DNA of 64,000 bases, taken from positions 16,898 to 80,897 of the IMG/VR virus record IMGVR_UViG_3300027994_000006. One strand, written 5' to 3'. The notes below the pieces were generated by a model, which saw only the letters and a list, made by a program, of their open reading frames with translations, made no database searches and was not told the DNA's origin. Positions 37,752-46,317 of the stretch are shown here, piece by piece; position 1 is the stretch's first letter; each line of letters begins with the position of its first letter. Position numbers and translations under genes: made by a program. The stretch is from a virus (Duplodnaviria; Caudoviricetes).

Positions 37752-38537
37752 TCAACGGTAAGCCGCCGTGACCATAGACGGTTTATTTTCATAGATATAA
37801 TTCTTATATAAGAAACAATGATTACTTATAGCTTCGGCTTTCTTTAAACCCAAATAATGGGAAAAACTAACTGCGTAAGGATAAATTCTCGCCATTTCAT
37901 TAAAAACTTTGATAAGACCTCGTTCTTTTAGGAACTTTTTGTAGGCCGTTATCGTGTTTTTAGATTTTCTTTCTAAAAGTTCACCCATTCTTTTTATAGA
38001 AAGCAACATTTGACTATTGTAATCCATCTTACCGCCCTTCTTTAAATAAAGTTTCAGCCTTTTGAAATCTTGCAATGTGCAATCTCCTTTTGGTTGATTC
38101 TTTTGTTGATTAATGTAATTGTAGCGTTTAATGCGTTCAATAGTTTTTTCCTGTTGTACTATGTTGGAAAGAACCGGGATCGTGTTTAAAAAATATTTTA
38201 TGTCAGAATACTCTGATATGTTTCTGGGAACGAAAACAAAATTGGACTCGTCAGGGCGCATTTTAGCGTTTGTGATAAGTCGCATTTCATTAGCATAGAA
38301 TTCTATTAGTTTATTTTCTTTAAGGATTCTAACGTGTTTTTGTAAGGCTGTGAGGCTGATATTATATTTATCAGCAATCGCCTTTATCATCTTGGTCTTT
38401 TCTCCTGAACGGAAATAATAATTTTTGCCCGTATGAGATTTAAAAAGGAAAACAAACATAGCAAGAGAGGGAAGCCACTTTTCTCTGTGTGCCTTTGCAT
38501 ATACCTTCCCGTTAATCCTTACTATGATATTTTCCAA
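37752..38537 (-). CDS. Winged-HTH protein; replication initiator candidate
   Basis: IADKYNISLTALQKHVRILKENKLIEF plus a second HTH (ELLERKSKNTITAYKKFLKERGLI); first gene of the DNA-metabolism operon. Confidence 0.5.
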   Translation of the reverse strand: MENIIVRINGKVYAKAHREKWLPSLAMFVFLFKSHTGKNYYFRSGEKTKMIKAIADKYNISLTALQKHVRILKENKLIEFYANEMRLITNAKMRPDESNFVFVPRNISEYSDIKYFLNTIPVLSNIVQQEKTIERIKRYNYINQQKNQPKGDCTLQDFKRLKLYLKKGGKMDYNSQMLLSIKRMGELLERKSKNTITAYKKFLKERGLIKVFNEMARIYPYAVSFSHYLGLKKAEAISNHCFLYKNYIYENKPSMVTAAYR

Positions 38538-38680
38538 GAAATAGCCTTTACCCTTAATTATCTAATAGATCATTTGTGAAGATGAATATTTTGAAGAACC
38601 GGGGCAAAGGCAATATATATTTTTGTGCTTTGCAGATATTAAAAATGAGTTCTTCAAAATATTTCTTCATCTTCACGATT

Positions 38681-38714
38681 CAAAGATAAACATAATTGTT
38701 TAATATCCGTGCAT
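38681..38714 (-). promoter_or_regulatory. Operator-promoter, 34-bp class (ATGCACGGATATTAAACAATTATGTTTATCTTTG)
   Basis: Palindrome TAAACA-N4-TGTTTA overlapping the -7 box; six copies in the window. Confidence 0.75.
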
Positions 38715-38791
38715 ATTTCGAAAAATTGTTTTAACTTTGTTGAAAAGTATTTCAAGAGAGATACTATTTAGATAAATCAAACAAAAAAGAT

Positions 38792-39073
38792 ATGACACGA
38801 CCAAGAATTCCTACAGCATTACAAGACGATGTAAAAATTTTCTGCAAAAAGAAAAAAGAAGAACGGTACACGCTGCAATACATTGGAAACATTATTGGAA
38901 AAGACCATTCTACTGTAATAAGCCATATTAGAAAGTATGATGACTACTACGAAAAGTACAAAGATTTCCGTGAAAAAGCTGATGCATTCTCAGAAGATAA
39001 ATTTCTGGAAGATTTTCAGGAATATAAAGTTTCCTTGGCCAACAAAATCTTAAATCAAATCCATTATCTATGA
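38792..39073 (+). CDS. HTH protein resembling the DnaA C-terminal DNA-binding domain
   Basis: YTLQYIGNIIGKDHSTVISHIRK pattern. Confidence 0.7.
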   Translation: MTRPRIPTALQDDVKIFCKKKKEERYTLQYIGNIIGKDHSTVISHIRKYDDYYEKYKDFREKADAFSEDKFLEDFQEYKVSLANKILNQIHYL

Positions 39074-39279
39074 AAAAGATAATCACCTTATTTATCCTTA
39101 TGGTAGTATTTGCGCTGTTGCAAATGGTGTTTCTCACATCATTGTATTATTTAGGCGAGAAAGATGTCTTTAATTTTGAGACAATTGTCTATCCGCTTTT
39201 AGGACTATGTATTTTTCTAACAGCCCTGATTTATGTGTTTGAACCGCTGTTATTTTTTTTTGTCAAATATTTAAAGTAG
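39070..39279 (+). CDS. Small two-TM membrane protein
   Basis: Two hydrophobic stretches; ATGA overlap with the upstream gene. Confidence 0.65.
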   Translation: MKKIITLFILMVVFALLQMVFLTSLYYLGEKDVFNFETIVYPLLGLCIFLTALIYVFEPLLFFFVKYLK

Positions 39280-39282
39280 GGG

Positions 39283-39600
39283 ATGATAGCAATTCCAGTA
39301 GATCAGCCGTCGCCTACACAATACAGAACTTTAATGTATAACTATGGTTTGCTTACAGTTTTATACATCTTAGAACACTTTGAAGCAATCGAAGACTACG
39401 AGGAATGCGAAATGATAATCCAGGCGATAAGGTCAGAAGAGAAAAGATTGGAGACAACGCTATTCACAAAAGCATCAAAGTAGGCAATAGAAAAAGTTTT
39501 GGAAACTTACCGGAGCTTTGGATTAACCGGAAAATATGCCGTAGCCAATTCTAATGATTACGCAGAAATGTTTATTAAAAAATTAAGAAATACATTATGA
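39283..39600 (+). pseudogene. Hypothetical gene interrupted by in-frame TAG (39481-39483)
   Basis: Frame stays open for 38 further codons, to a TGA that overlaps the next ATG (ATGA at 39597-39600). Confidence 0.6.
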
Positions 39601-39812
39601 AAAAAAATAAAGTAAAAATTACAAATCTTGATATAGGAGAAATTAAAGAAACTATTACCTATAAAAAATTATTCTTTCAGTTTAATGATAGTGAACCAGA
39701 AGAATTTTTGAACGGTCTATTTGAAAAATTTCAAATTACCCTAAAAAAAGATGGAGATGAATTTCAAATTGAATCTAAAGATGGAAATAAATTCAAATTA
39801 TTTTTAAAATAA
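39597..39812 (+). CDS. Hypothetical protein
   Basis: 71 aa, A-rich start. Confidence 0.65.
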   Translation: MKKNKVKITNLDIGEIKETITYKKLFFQFNDSEPEEFLNGLFEKFQITLKKDGDEFQIESKDGNKFKLFLK

Positions 39813-39828
39813 TTATATCTTAAAACCC

Positions 39829-39836
39829 TATATTTG
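39829..39836 (+). promoter_or_regulatory. Host-type -7 box TATATTTG of aspS
   Basis: 25 nt upstream of the aspS ATG; has neither the operator palindrome nor the late box. Confidence 0.65.
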
Positions 39837-39861
39837 CAACCGCAATTTCTAAACAACCAAA

Positions 39862-41613
39862 ATGTTCCGTACACACACAAACGGCGAACTAACGCTGAAA
39901 AATCTGAATGAAAAAGTAACACTTTCCGGCTGGGTACAAACCATCCGTGACAAAGGTTTTATGATTTGGATAGATTTGCGAGACCGTTACGGCATCACCC
40001 AATTAGTTTTAGACGAAGACAGAACTTCCAAAGAACTTTTGGAAACTGCTAAGAAATTAGGTCGTGAGTTTGTCATCAAAGTTGAAGGAACTGTAATCGA
40101 ACGTACTTCCAAAAACCCAAAGATTGCAACCGGAGACGTAGAAATCTTAGTTGAAACGCTAATTATTTTAAATGAATCTCAACTTCCACCATTCACCATC
40201 GAAGACGAAACCGACGGTGGCGAAGAATTGAGAATGAAATACAGATACCTCGACATCAGAAGAAATCCGGTAAAAGACAAATTGATTTTCCGTCACAAAA
40301 TGGCGCAAAAGGTACGAAACTATCTTTCCGAAGAAGGTTTCATCGAGGTTGAAACGCCGGTTCTAATCAAATCTACTCCGGAAGGTGCGAGAGATTTCGT
40401 AGTTCCAAGCAGAATGAATCCGGGACAATTTTACGCACTTCCGCAATCTCCTCAAACTTTCAAACAATTGTTAATGGTTGGCGGAATGGACAGATATTTT
40501 CAAATCGTGAAATGTTTCCGTGATGAGGATTTAAGAGCCGACAGACAACCGGAATTCACGCAAATCGATTGCGAAATGGCGTTCGTAGAGCAGGAAGATA
40601 TTATGAATGTTTTCGAAGGAATGACAAAAGTTCTTTTGAAAGACATCACAGGAAACGAATTCCAGGATTTCCAAAGAATGACTTTCGCCGATGCGATGCA
40701 AAAATACGGAAACGACAAGCCGGATATCCGTTTCGGAATGGAATTCCACGAGTTAAATGATTTAACGAAAGGAAAAGATTTAAAAATATTCGACGAGGCT
40801 GAATTGGTTGTCGGAATCAATGTTGAAGGGATCGCAGATTACACCAGAAAACAAATCGACGAATTGGTGGATTGGGTAAAACGCCCACAAATAGGCGCAA
40901 CTGGATTGGTTTGGATTAAATTCCAAAATGATGGCGTTGTAACTTCGTCTGTCAATAAATTTTATTCTGAAGAAGATTTGAAAAAAATCACTGAAGAATT
41001 CGGAGCAAAAGCTGGAGATTTAATTTTCGTAATGTCCGGAAACGCAGATAAAGTGAGAACCCAACTTTCCGCTTTGAGAATGGAACTCGGAAACCGTCTT
41101 GGATTGAGAAAAGGAAACGAATTTGCACCACTTTGGGTTGTAGATTTCCCGTTGCTGGAATTTGATGAAGAATCCGGAAGATACCACGCAATGCACCACC
41201 CTTTCACGTCTCCGAAAACCGAAGATTTCCATTTATTAGAAACGGACCCAGGTAAAGCAAGAGCCAACGCATACGATCTGGTTTTGAACGGAAACGAAAT
41301 TGGTGGCGGTTCTATCAGAATTTTTGACAGAGATCTGCAGTCGAAAATGTTTGACCTTTTAGGATTCTCCAAAGAAGATGCAGAAGCACAGTTCGGATTC
41401 TTGATGAATGCCTTCAAATATGGTGCTCCACCTCACGGAGGATTGGCTTTCGGATTTGACAGATTGGTCGCCATCCTTGATGGAAATGAAGTGATTAGAG
41501 ATTACATCGCTTTCCCGAAAAACAATTCCGGACGAGATGTGATGATTGATGCGCCTGCACCGATTCATCAGGAACAGTTGACGGAACTGGAACTTAAATT
41601 GGATTTAAAATAA
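39862..41613 (+). CDS. aspS: Aspartate--tRNA ligase (bacterial class IIb, full length, probably discriminating)
   Basis: [10 protein letters not shown] start, OB-fold [10 protein letters not shown], motif 1 [17 protein letters not shown], motif 2 [21 protein letters not shown] insert, HHPFT, motif 3 [10 protein letters not shown]; 583 aa. Confidence 0.98.
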   Translation: MFRTHTNGELTLKNLNEKVTLSGWVQTIRDKGFMIWIDLRDRYGITQLVLDEDRTSKELLETAKKLGREFVIKVEGTVIERTSKNPKIATGDVEILVETLIILNESQLPPFTIEDETDGGEELRMKYRYLDIRRNPVKDKLIFRHKMAQKVRNYLSEEGFIEVETPVLIKSTPEGARDFVVPSRMNPGQFYALPQSPQTFKQLLMVGGMDRYFQIVKCFRDEDLRADRQPEFTQIDCEMAFVEQEDIMNVFEGMTKVLLKDITGNEFQDFQRMTFADAMQKYGNDKPDIRFGMEFHELNDLTKGKDLKIFDEAELVVGINVEGIADYTRKQIDELVDWVKRPQIGATGLVWIKFQNDGVVTSSVNKFYSEEDLKKITEEFGAKAGDLIFVMSGNADKVRTQLSALRMELGNRLGLRKGNEFAPLWVVDFPLLEFDEESGRYHAMHHPFTSPKTEDFHLLETDPGKARANAYDLVLNGNEIGGGSIRIFDRDLQSKMFDLLGFSKEDAEAQFGFLMNAFKYGAPPHGGLAFGFDRLVAILDGNEVIRDYIAFPKNNSGRDVMIDAPAPIHQEQLTELELKLDLK

Positions 41614-41616
41614 AAA

Positions 41617-41638
41617 GAGCGACACCTAAGCATCGCCC
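41617..41638 (-). terminator. Terminator of the head operon, abutting the aspS stop
   Basis: Minus strand GGGCGAT-N8-GTCGCTC, then a T tract formed by the aspS stop region. Confidence 0.55.
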
Positions 41639-41665
41639 TAAAAAAGAAAACCACACGACAACCGT

Positions 41666-42358
41666 TTACTGTTGTTTTATTTGTTCCTCCTGCTTTAGTT
41701 GTGTGGATAGTTCCAAAGCAAATTGATCGTCCAAATTAACCCCGAAGTATGCCATCAGTTCTATCAATACCGCCTGCATCATACTCGGGTGTAAATCGAT
41801 GTCCTGAAAGTCACTTGCGCTAATATCATAAACTTCCTCTTCAAAGAAAATCTTTGTCGTGAGTTTTGGCACTTTGGCCTTTCTAAAATACACCAATGAT
41901 ACTTTACTCGCTGAAGGACTTAGTTTCAGTTCGTTGTCATTAAGAGTATAGATAGGTAGGCAACTCGTAGGTCGCAGTTCTGGTAATCTGGATAGTTTAT
42001 TATAAACAAGTAGATCTGTTTTCTCAGCTTCTGCCTTATCCGTAAAAACAGAATTAGCAAATAGAAAATCAGGAATCGCCTGAATAACATCAGCCTTGCC
42101 AGCCGTTAAGGTAACATCAGCTTCTGAAATATAATATTCCATAGCCTGCTTCATATACATCGACTCATCGCCATAGTTTGGGCTGTCCATCCAACGCATC
42201 TTTCGGAGATTCAACTTCCGGAAGTTTGGGAACAGGCTCATTTGCACATTACTTACCACAGGCGCAAGAATACTATTCTTCTCATCAGTAGAAAGTTTTC
42301 CCATCTGTTTGTGGTTTGTGATGTCATCTATGGCGTTACTTAGAGCGACGATCATCAT
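41666..42358 (-). CDS. Head-tail adaptor / ring protein candidate
   Basis: YFRKAKVPK and DIDLHPS...LIELMAY adaptor-like pattern; downstream of the capsid gene. Confidence 0.55.
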   Translation of the reverse strand: MMIVALSNAIDDITNHKQMGKLSTDEKNSILAPVVSNVQMSLFPNFRKLNLRKMRWMDSPNYGDESMYMKQAMEYYISEADVTLTAGKADVIQAIPDFLFANSVFTDKAEAEKTDLLVYNKLSRLPELRPTSCLPIYTLNDNELKLSPSASKVSLVYFRKAKVPKLTTKIFFEEEVYDISASDFQDIDLHPSMMQAVLIELMAYFGVNLDDQFALELSTQLKQEEQIKQQ

Positions 42359-43107
42359 TACTTAGCTGGTGTTGCAGTTGCAGGATCTTCTACTTTTTTA
42401 TGAGTAGCTTTTTCCTTCATCATTGTTTGAATTTGTTTTCTGGTTTCACGGCCTTCTGTTTCCTTATAGAAATCTACCATTGCCTGTACTGCAGTTGAAT
42501 CTCTTGGGATAGAAACGATCTTTACCTCATTATGTCCCCAACGTACTTCCGTAGCATTATCCTCGATGATTCCCTGCGCAATAGCAAGACCGATTTCGAA
42601 TTTTTGATTCTTAGTTTTATCGGTCAAAAGTTCTTTCACTTCATTAGGAAATTTCTGAGTGTGACCCAAAACATCCAATTTGATTCCGGCATTATCACCT
42701 TCCTTCGCTTTAATTACAGCGTCTCTACCGAATAGGTTCCAAGCTAATGACAGTAATTCAGGTTGTGTAAGGTCGGTAACTTCCAACATCACTTTCAAGT
42801 CTTTTGTAGCCTCTTCAGCTTTAGCTTCATTCTCAGCAACCGGATCATAGATTTTGATTTTAGTTCCGAATCCAGGTTTAGACTCAATAAATTTTTGCCA
42901 TGTAACATTATCTGTAGAAAGTAATTGTGAACCTACAAAGATTCTTGTTTCAGTTACTTTTCTGGTTCCTTGTTTTTTTAGTTCGAGTTCTGTGTCGCCT
43001 TCTACCAATCGATAGGTTTTATAGCCGTCATCAGTTTTTACTTCGTGTCTTGGACTCAGATAAGTTCTTTGGTAGCCCTTATCAAATAAATAGGTTTTTA
43101 AAGCCAT
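42358..43107 (-). CDS. Conserved protein downstream of major capsid
   Basis: 249 aa; FEIGLAIAQGII...VRW motif; highly-expressed-type codons. Confidence 0.6.
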   Translation of the reverse strand: MALKTYLFDKGYQRTYLSPRHEVKTDDGYKTYRLVEGDTELELKKQGTRKVTETRIFVGSQLLSTDNVTWQKFIESKPGFGTKIKIYDPVAENEAKAEEATKDLKVMLEVTDLTQPELLSLAWNLFGRDAVIKAKEGDNAGIKLDVLGHTQKFPNEVKELLTDKTKNQKFEIGLAIAQGIIEDNATEVRWGHNEVKIVSIPRDSTAVQAMVDFYKETEGRETRKQIQTMMKEKATHKKVEDPATATPAK

Positions 43108-43146
43108 TGTATTAAATTGTTTATGTGGTTTGTTTTGATTAAAGAA

Positions 43147-43177
43147 ATAAAGCGGAGTGTTTTAATCTCCGCTTTAT
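43147..43177 (-). terminator. Terminator after major capsid gene
   Basis: ATAAAGCGGAG-N9-CTCCGCTTTAT, perfect 11-bp stem. Confidence 0.8.
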
Positions 43178-43186
43178 GTTATTGTT

Positions 43187-44554
43187 TTAAGCGTTTACGC
43201 CTATGATGAATTTATCTGCACCGAAAACAGCAACTGACATTTTGTTTTTGTAAGTCACTTTTACTTTTCCGCAGTTATAATCATTCTCATTAGAATCTCT
43301 TTTGAACTTGTACGGATCATTTGCGTTACCGAACCAGATCAAAGTTACTCTACCTAATGTTCTTGCTTTTCCGTTTAGCGTTACATTTACTTTATCAGCT
43401 GGTGTGATAAGGAAGTTGTAAGCTTTACCAAGTTTCTCAGATCCTCTACCGGATAATCCTTTCCACTCTCTGAACATCAGTTTTACTCCGAAGATGTCAA
43501 CGCCTTTATATCCAAGATACATAAGGTCGTTTTGATGATTTTCAAAAGGCTTCCATTCAATTCCTGCGTTGTCTCTCTGGATCAACATAAGTTTTGTATA
43601 CTGTGAAGGCGATGCATCAAGATACGCTTCGTAGATGTCCTGATCTTTCAAATACTGAGTTACAGCAATTAGATCCTCAAGAGTTTCCAGTTCACCTTCA
43701 AACTTCACTGCTTTGTCATCAATGAATTCAAAGATTCCTCTCATATTCTGCGTGATGTCACCACCTACAGTTCTCTTTTCCCAAGCCAAAGAAGTATCAG
43801 ACTTCTTAGCCAATCTTTTCATCGCATCATTTAGTTGTACTGATGGTGTAAAAGTGTACTCTCCGTAGTTTTTCTCAGGGAAAGCGTCCCATCCGCCTTC
43901 TGCAACCATAGTTTCCTCGCAGAACTCGTGTCCGTCGCCTAAACTTTTAAAGCCGTTCTCGTAAGTTGGAGAATAACCTTTCCATCCTAGAACAGAAGGA
44001 CATTCGCAATGATCAAGATTATCACCCAAGAAGATGATGTCAAGATTGGTTGTTGCAATCGTCCAGGCAGCACCTGCTTCTCTGTTTACGACAGTGATGG
44101 TTTTACCGTCTGAACTGATTGCTGTTACTTCCCCGATTTCTCTTTTACCTGTATTATCTACAGCTAAGATTCTCTCGCCTAAATTAGTGAAGAACTGCGC
44201 ATTTTCCGGACGGCACAAATCAATATCATACGTGTCTGTTGGAATTGCAGAGGTATTGATTGTGAAGTTATTTCCGGTTCTTGAAACAAGATTTTGTCCA
44301 ACGATTTGGATCACATTTGTTTCAGATGGTTTTTCTTTCCAAGAAACCTGATCGGCTGCTACTGTGATTTCATTTCCAGAAGCCATAAGGAATCCGGCGT
44401 ATGTATCGTAAGCTACTTCTTTAGCTTCTACTGTACCTAAGTGTTCAGGTGCTACAGCACAAGAAATTTCCATCTCTGTTACTAATGCTCTTCTTCCCTT
44501 TGGAAGCGGTTGTTGAAACCTTGCGTAATCTACTTGTGGTATTACTATTGCCAT
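43187..44554 (-). CDS. Major capsid protein
   Basis: 455 aa after an acidic scaffold and followed by a strong terminator; MRGIFEFI P-domain-like motif; biased codons. Confidence 0.8.
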   Translation of the reverse strand: MAIVIPQVDYARFQQPLPKGRRALVTEMEISCAVAPEHLGTVEAKEVAYDTYAGFLMASGNEITVAADQVSWKEKPSETNVIQIVGQNLVSRTGNNFTINTSAIPTDTYDIDLCRPENAQFFTNLGERILAVDNTGKREIGEVTAISSDGKTITVVNREAGAAWTIATTNLDIIFLGDNLDHCECPSVLGWKGYSPTYENGFKSLGDGHEFCEETMVAEGGWDAFPEKNYGEYTFTPSVQLNDAMKRLAKKSDTSLAWEKRTVGGDITQNMRGIFEFIDDKAVKFEGELETLEDLIAVTQYLKDQDIYEAYLDASPSQYTKLMLIQRDNAGIEWKPFENHQNDLMYLGYKGVDIFGVKLMFREWKGLSGRGSEKLGKAYNFLITPADKVNVTLNGKARTLGRVTLIWFGNANDPYKFKRDSNENDYNCGKVKVTYKNKMSVAVFGADKFIIGVNA

Positions 44555-44581
44555 TTTTTCTTTGTGTTTTTTTAGTTAATA

Positions 44582-45676
44582 TTAGTTAAAGGCAGAATTT
44601 CTCCTGTTTTCCAGATCCTTTTTATACGCTTCTGCTGCGCCTGTGGAAGTAGCTTGAACGGTTTGCACAACATCAGGACTTACGTTTCTTCGTAGCTTGT
44701 CTCTTTTCGCTCTGTCATTCAGGACAGCCTGCTCAATGAGGAAGTTGGTCATAGCCTGCGACGTTGGCGCATAGGCTTTTGTGACCGTTTCGATAAAACC
44801 CTTAGCATTTGTAAGCTGGTTTTTTTCGTTGAAGAAACTGTTGATGAGTACGCCCACATCCTCGCTGACGGTTCTTGCGTGCTTTAAATATTCCTCATCA
44901 GGAGTATATTGCACATTCACCGCATCGATACCAAGCTCTTTGTTGCCTTGATACGATAATTCTACAGTCGTTAGTTTCGGTAGTTCCTGATAGACTTGTT
45001 CTCTGTTGAAGGTGACGAGCGTCTGCTGTTGTTCTTGCGCTTGTTGAGCGATTTCCTCGTAAGTAAATCGTTTTTCAACTTGGCTTTCAACGTCAGATGT
45101 ATTGGATGTAAATTCTTGAAGGTTTCCATCGTGCCATTTGCTGGCTTTACGAAGTTCACCTGCCATCTTAGCTTTTTGTCTAAGAATCTCCTTTTCATCC
45201 AACTCGCCAGAAAAATCATCATCGTCATCGCTAACTGCGACCTCCAGTTCGCTCATTGCAAAAGCAATCTCATCTTCATTCATACCTTCTTGTTCAGAAT
45301 AGTACTTATGAAGGAGTTCTTTAGCATCGAGGTCTTTGGCAGGTGTTGTCAGGAACTCAAATTCTTTCCAATCATCTTTTCCGGTCTTCTGTACAAACTC
45401 GTTGTATTTCGCCACTTTTTCAGAAGCGAAAGAATTTGTTTTTTGTTCCGGAACTTCTGTTGGAGTTTCCGTAGCATTTTTATTTGGATTATCTGTTTCT
45501 GTTTCAGGTGTTGCAATTTCTGCAACAGTTGCCGTTGGAGTTTCAGTCGCAGTAGTTTCTGGTTGCGTTTCTGTAGTCTCCGTAATAGGCGTTTCAGTTG
45601 GTTGTTGTGTTTCTTGTGTAGGCGACGCCTGTGAGGGTGCGCCTTCATTCATAAGATTACTTAATGTGTCTCCCAT
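44582..45676 (-). CDS. Capsid scaffolding protein
   Basis: Thr/Glu/Pro low-complexity N-terminus, acidic helical body; directly upstream of the capsid gene. Confidence 0.7.
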   Translation of the reverse strand: MGDTLSNLMNEGAPSQASPTQETQQPTETPITETTETQPETTATETPTATVAEIATPETETDNPNKNATETPTEVPEQKTNSFASEKVAKYNEFVQKTGKDDWKEFEFLTTPAKDLDAKELLHKYYSEQEGMNEDEIAFAMSELEVAVSDDDDDFSGELDEKEILRQKAKMAGELRKASKWHDGNLQEFTSNTSDVESQVEKRFTYEEIAQQAQEQQQTLVTFNREQVYQELPKLTTVELSYQGNKELGIDAVNVQYTPDEEYLKHARTVSEDVGVLINSFFNEKNQLTNAKGFIETVTKAYAPTSQAMTNFLIEQAVLNDRAKRDKLRRNVSPDVVQTVQATSTGAAEAYKKDLENRRNSAFN

Positions 45677-45697
45677 AATTTTCCTGTGGTTTTAAAA

Positions 45698-45737
45698 CAA
45701 AATTATAGGTACACCCACACCATAGCGGTTTTGCTTA
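45698..45737 (-). promoter_or_regulatory. Late-class promoter TAAGCAAAA-N23-TAATTTTG (head operon)
   Basis: Same geometry as sister sites. Confidence 0.75.
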
Positions 45738-45763
45738 TTTTGTTGATAACTATTTAAAATAAA

Positions 45764-45797
45764 ATGAATGGATTGTAAACAAATATGATTATCTTTG
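45764..45797 (+). promoter_or_regulatory. Operator-promoter, 34-bp class (ATGAATGGATTGTAAACAAATATGATTATCTTTG)
   Basis: Back-to-back with the head late promoter; drives the HNH/ncRNA operon. Confidence 0.75.
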
Positions 45798-45820
45798 AAG
45801 TATAACAAAATCACTAAATA

Positions 45821-46192
45821 GTGGTAAGTAAGAAAAGATGTTCTAACGGATGTAACTATCCAAGATTTTCGAAAGCTCTATGCAAAATATGCTGGCAAAA
45901 AGAATATGGAAAACCCATTAAAAAGATTTCTGCCAACTATCAGAAGATTCTATCGGAGTATTCGCCTATACGGAAGGAGTATTTAGAAGCTCATGCAGAA
46001 TGTGAGTTAAAGCTGGAATGCTGTACGAGAGTAGCAACTTGCATACATCACAAGAAGTCAAAACACAGCAAAGAATTATATCTCAATTCAGAGTTCTATA
46101 TGTCGAGTTGTGTTCCTTGTAACGGAAGAGTAGAAGAACTTGGAGAAGAGGCGTACCGATTAGGTTTGAAAGTTAGACATAATACAAAATAA
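45821..46192 (+). CDS. HNH endonuclease with Zn-binding motifs
   Basis: CSNGC...CKICW; CELKLECC...TCIHHKK...SSCVPCNGRVE. Confidence 0.75.
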   Translation: MVSKKRCSNGCNYPRFSKALCKICWQKEYGKPIKKISANYQKILSEYSPIRKEYLEAHAECELKLECCTRVATCIHHKKSKHSKELYLNSEFYMSSCVPCNGRVEELGEEAYRLGLKVRHNTK

Positions 46193-46305
46193 GAGAAGTG
46201 GCGAAATATGAGACGCAGGCCTATATGGCAAAAACAAAGGATGAAGTATAAACATCCCATCTATCCGGATAGATGAATTGCAGGTATCGAATCCTGTCTT
46301 CTCTT
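46192..46305 (+). ncRNA. tRNA-like RNA 1 (Leu-type D arm, non-canonical anticodon region)
   Basis: Acceptor AGAGAAG/CTTCTCT; D arm GCG-AAATATGAGA-CGC; T arm GCAGG-TATCGAAT-CCTGT; central 62 nt with hairpins GGATG/CATCC and CATCTAT/ATAGATG. Confidence 0.7.
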
Positions 46306-46317
46306 TTTAAAATATTT

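Noticed and set aside
39481-39483. Genome-wide TAG reassignment as in some crAss-like phages
   Set aside because: TAG ends several normal genes (e.g. 618-620, 39277-39279, 52094-52096) and long genes are uninterrupted under code 11.
39862-41613. aspS as host DNA marking a boundary between two prophages
   Set aside because: Left and right flanks encode complementary, non-redundant modules sharing the same two promoter classes; no att repeats or integrase adjoin aspS. A chimeric assembly cannot be excluded without reads.
45400-45676. Thr/Glu/Pro repeats as a DNA repeat element
   Set aside because: Low-complexity coding region of the scaffold N-terminus; not exact at DNA level.
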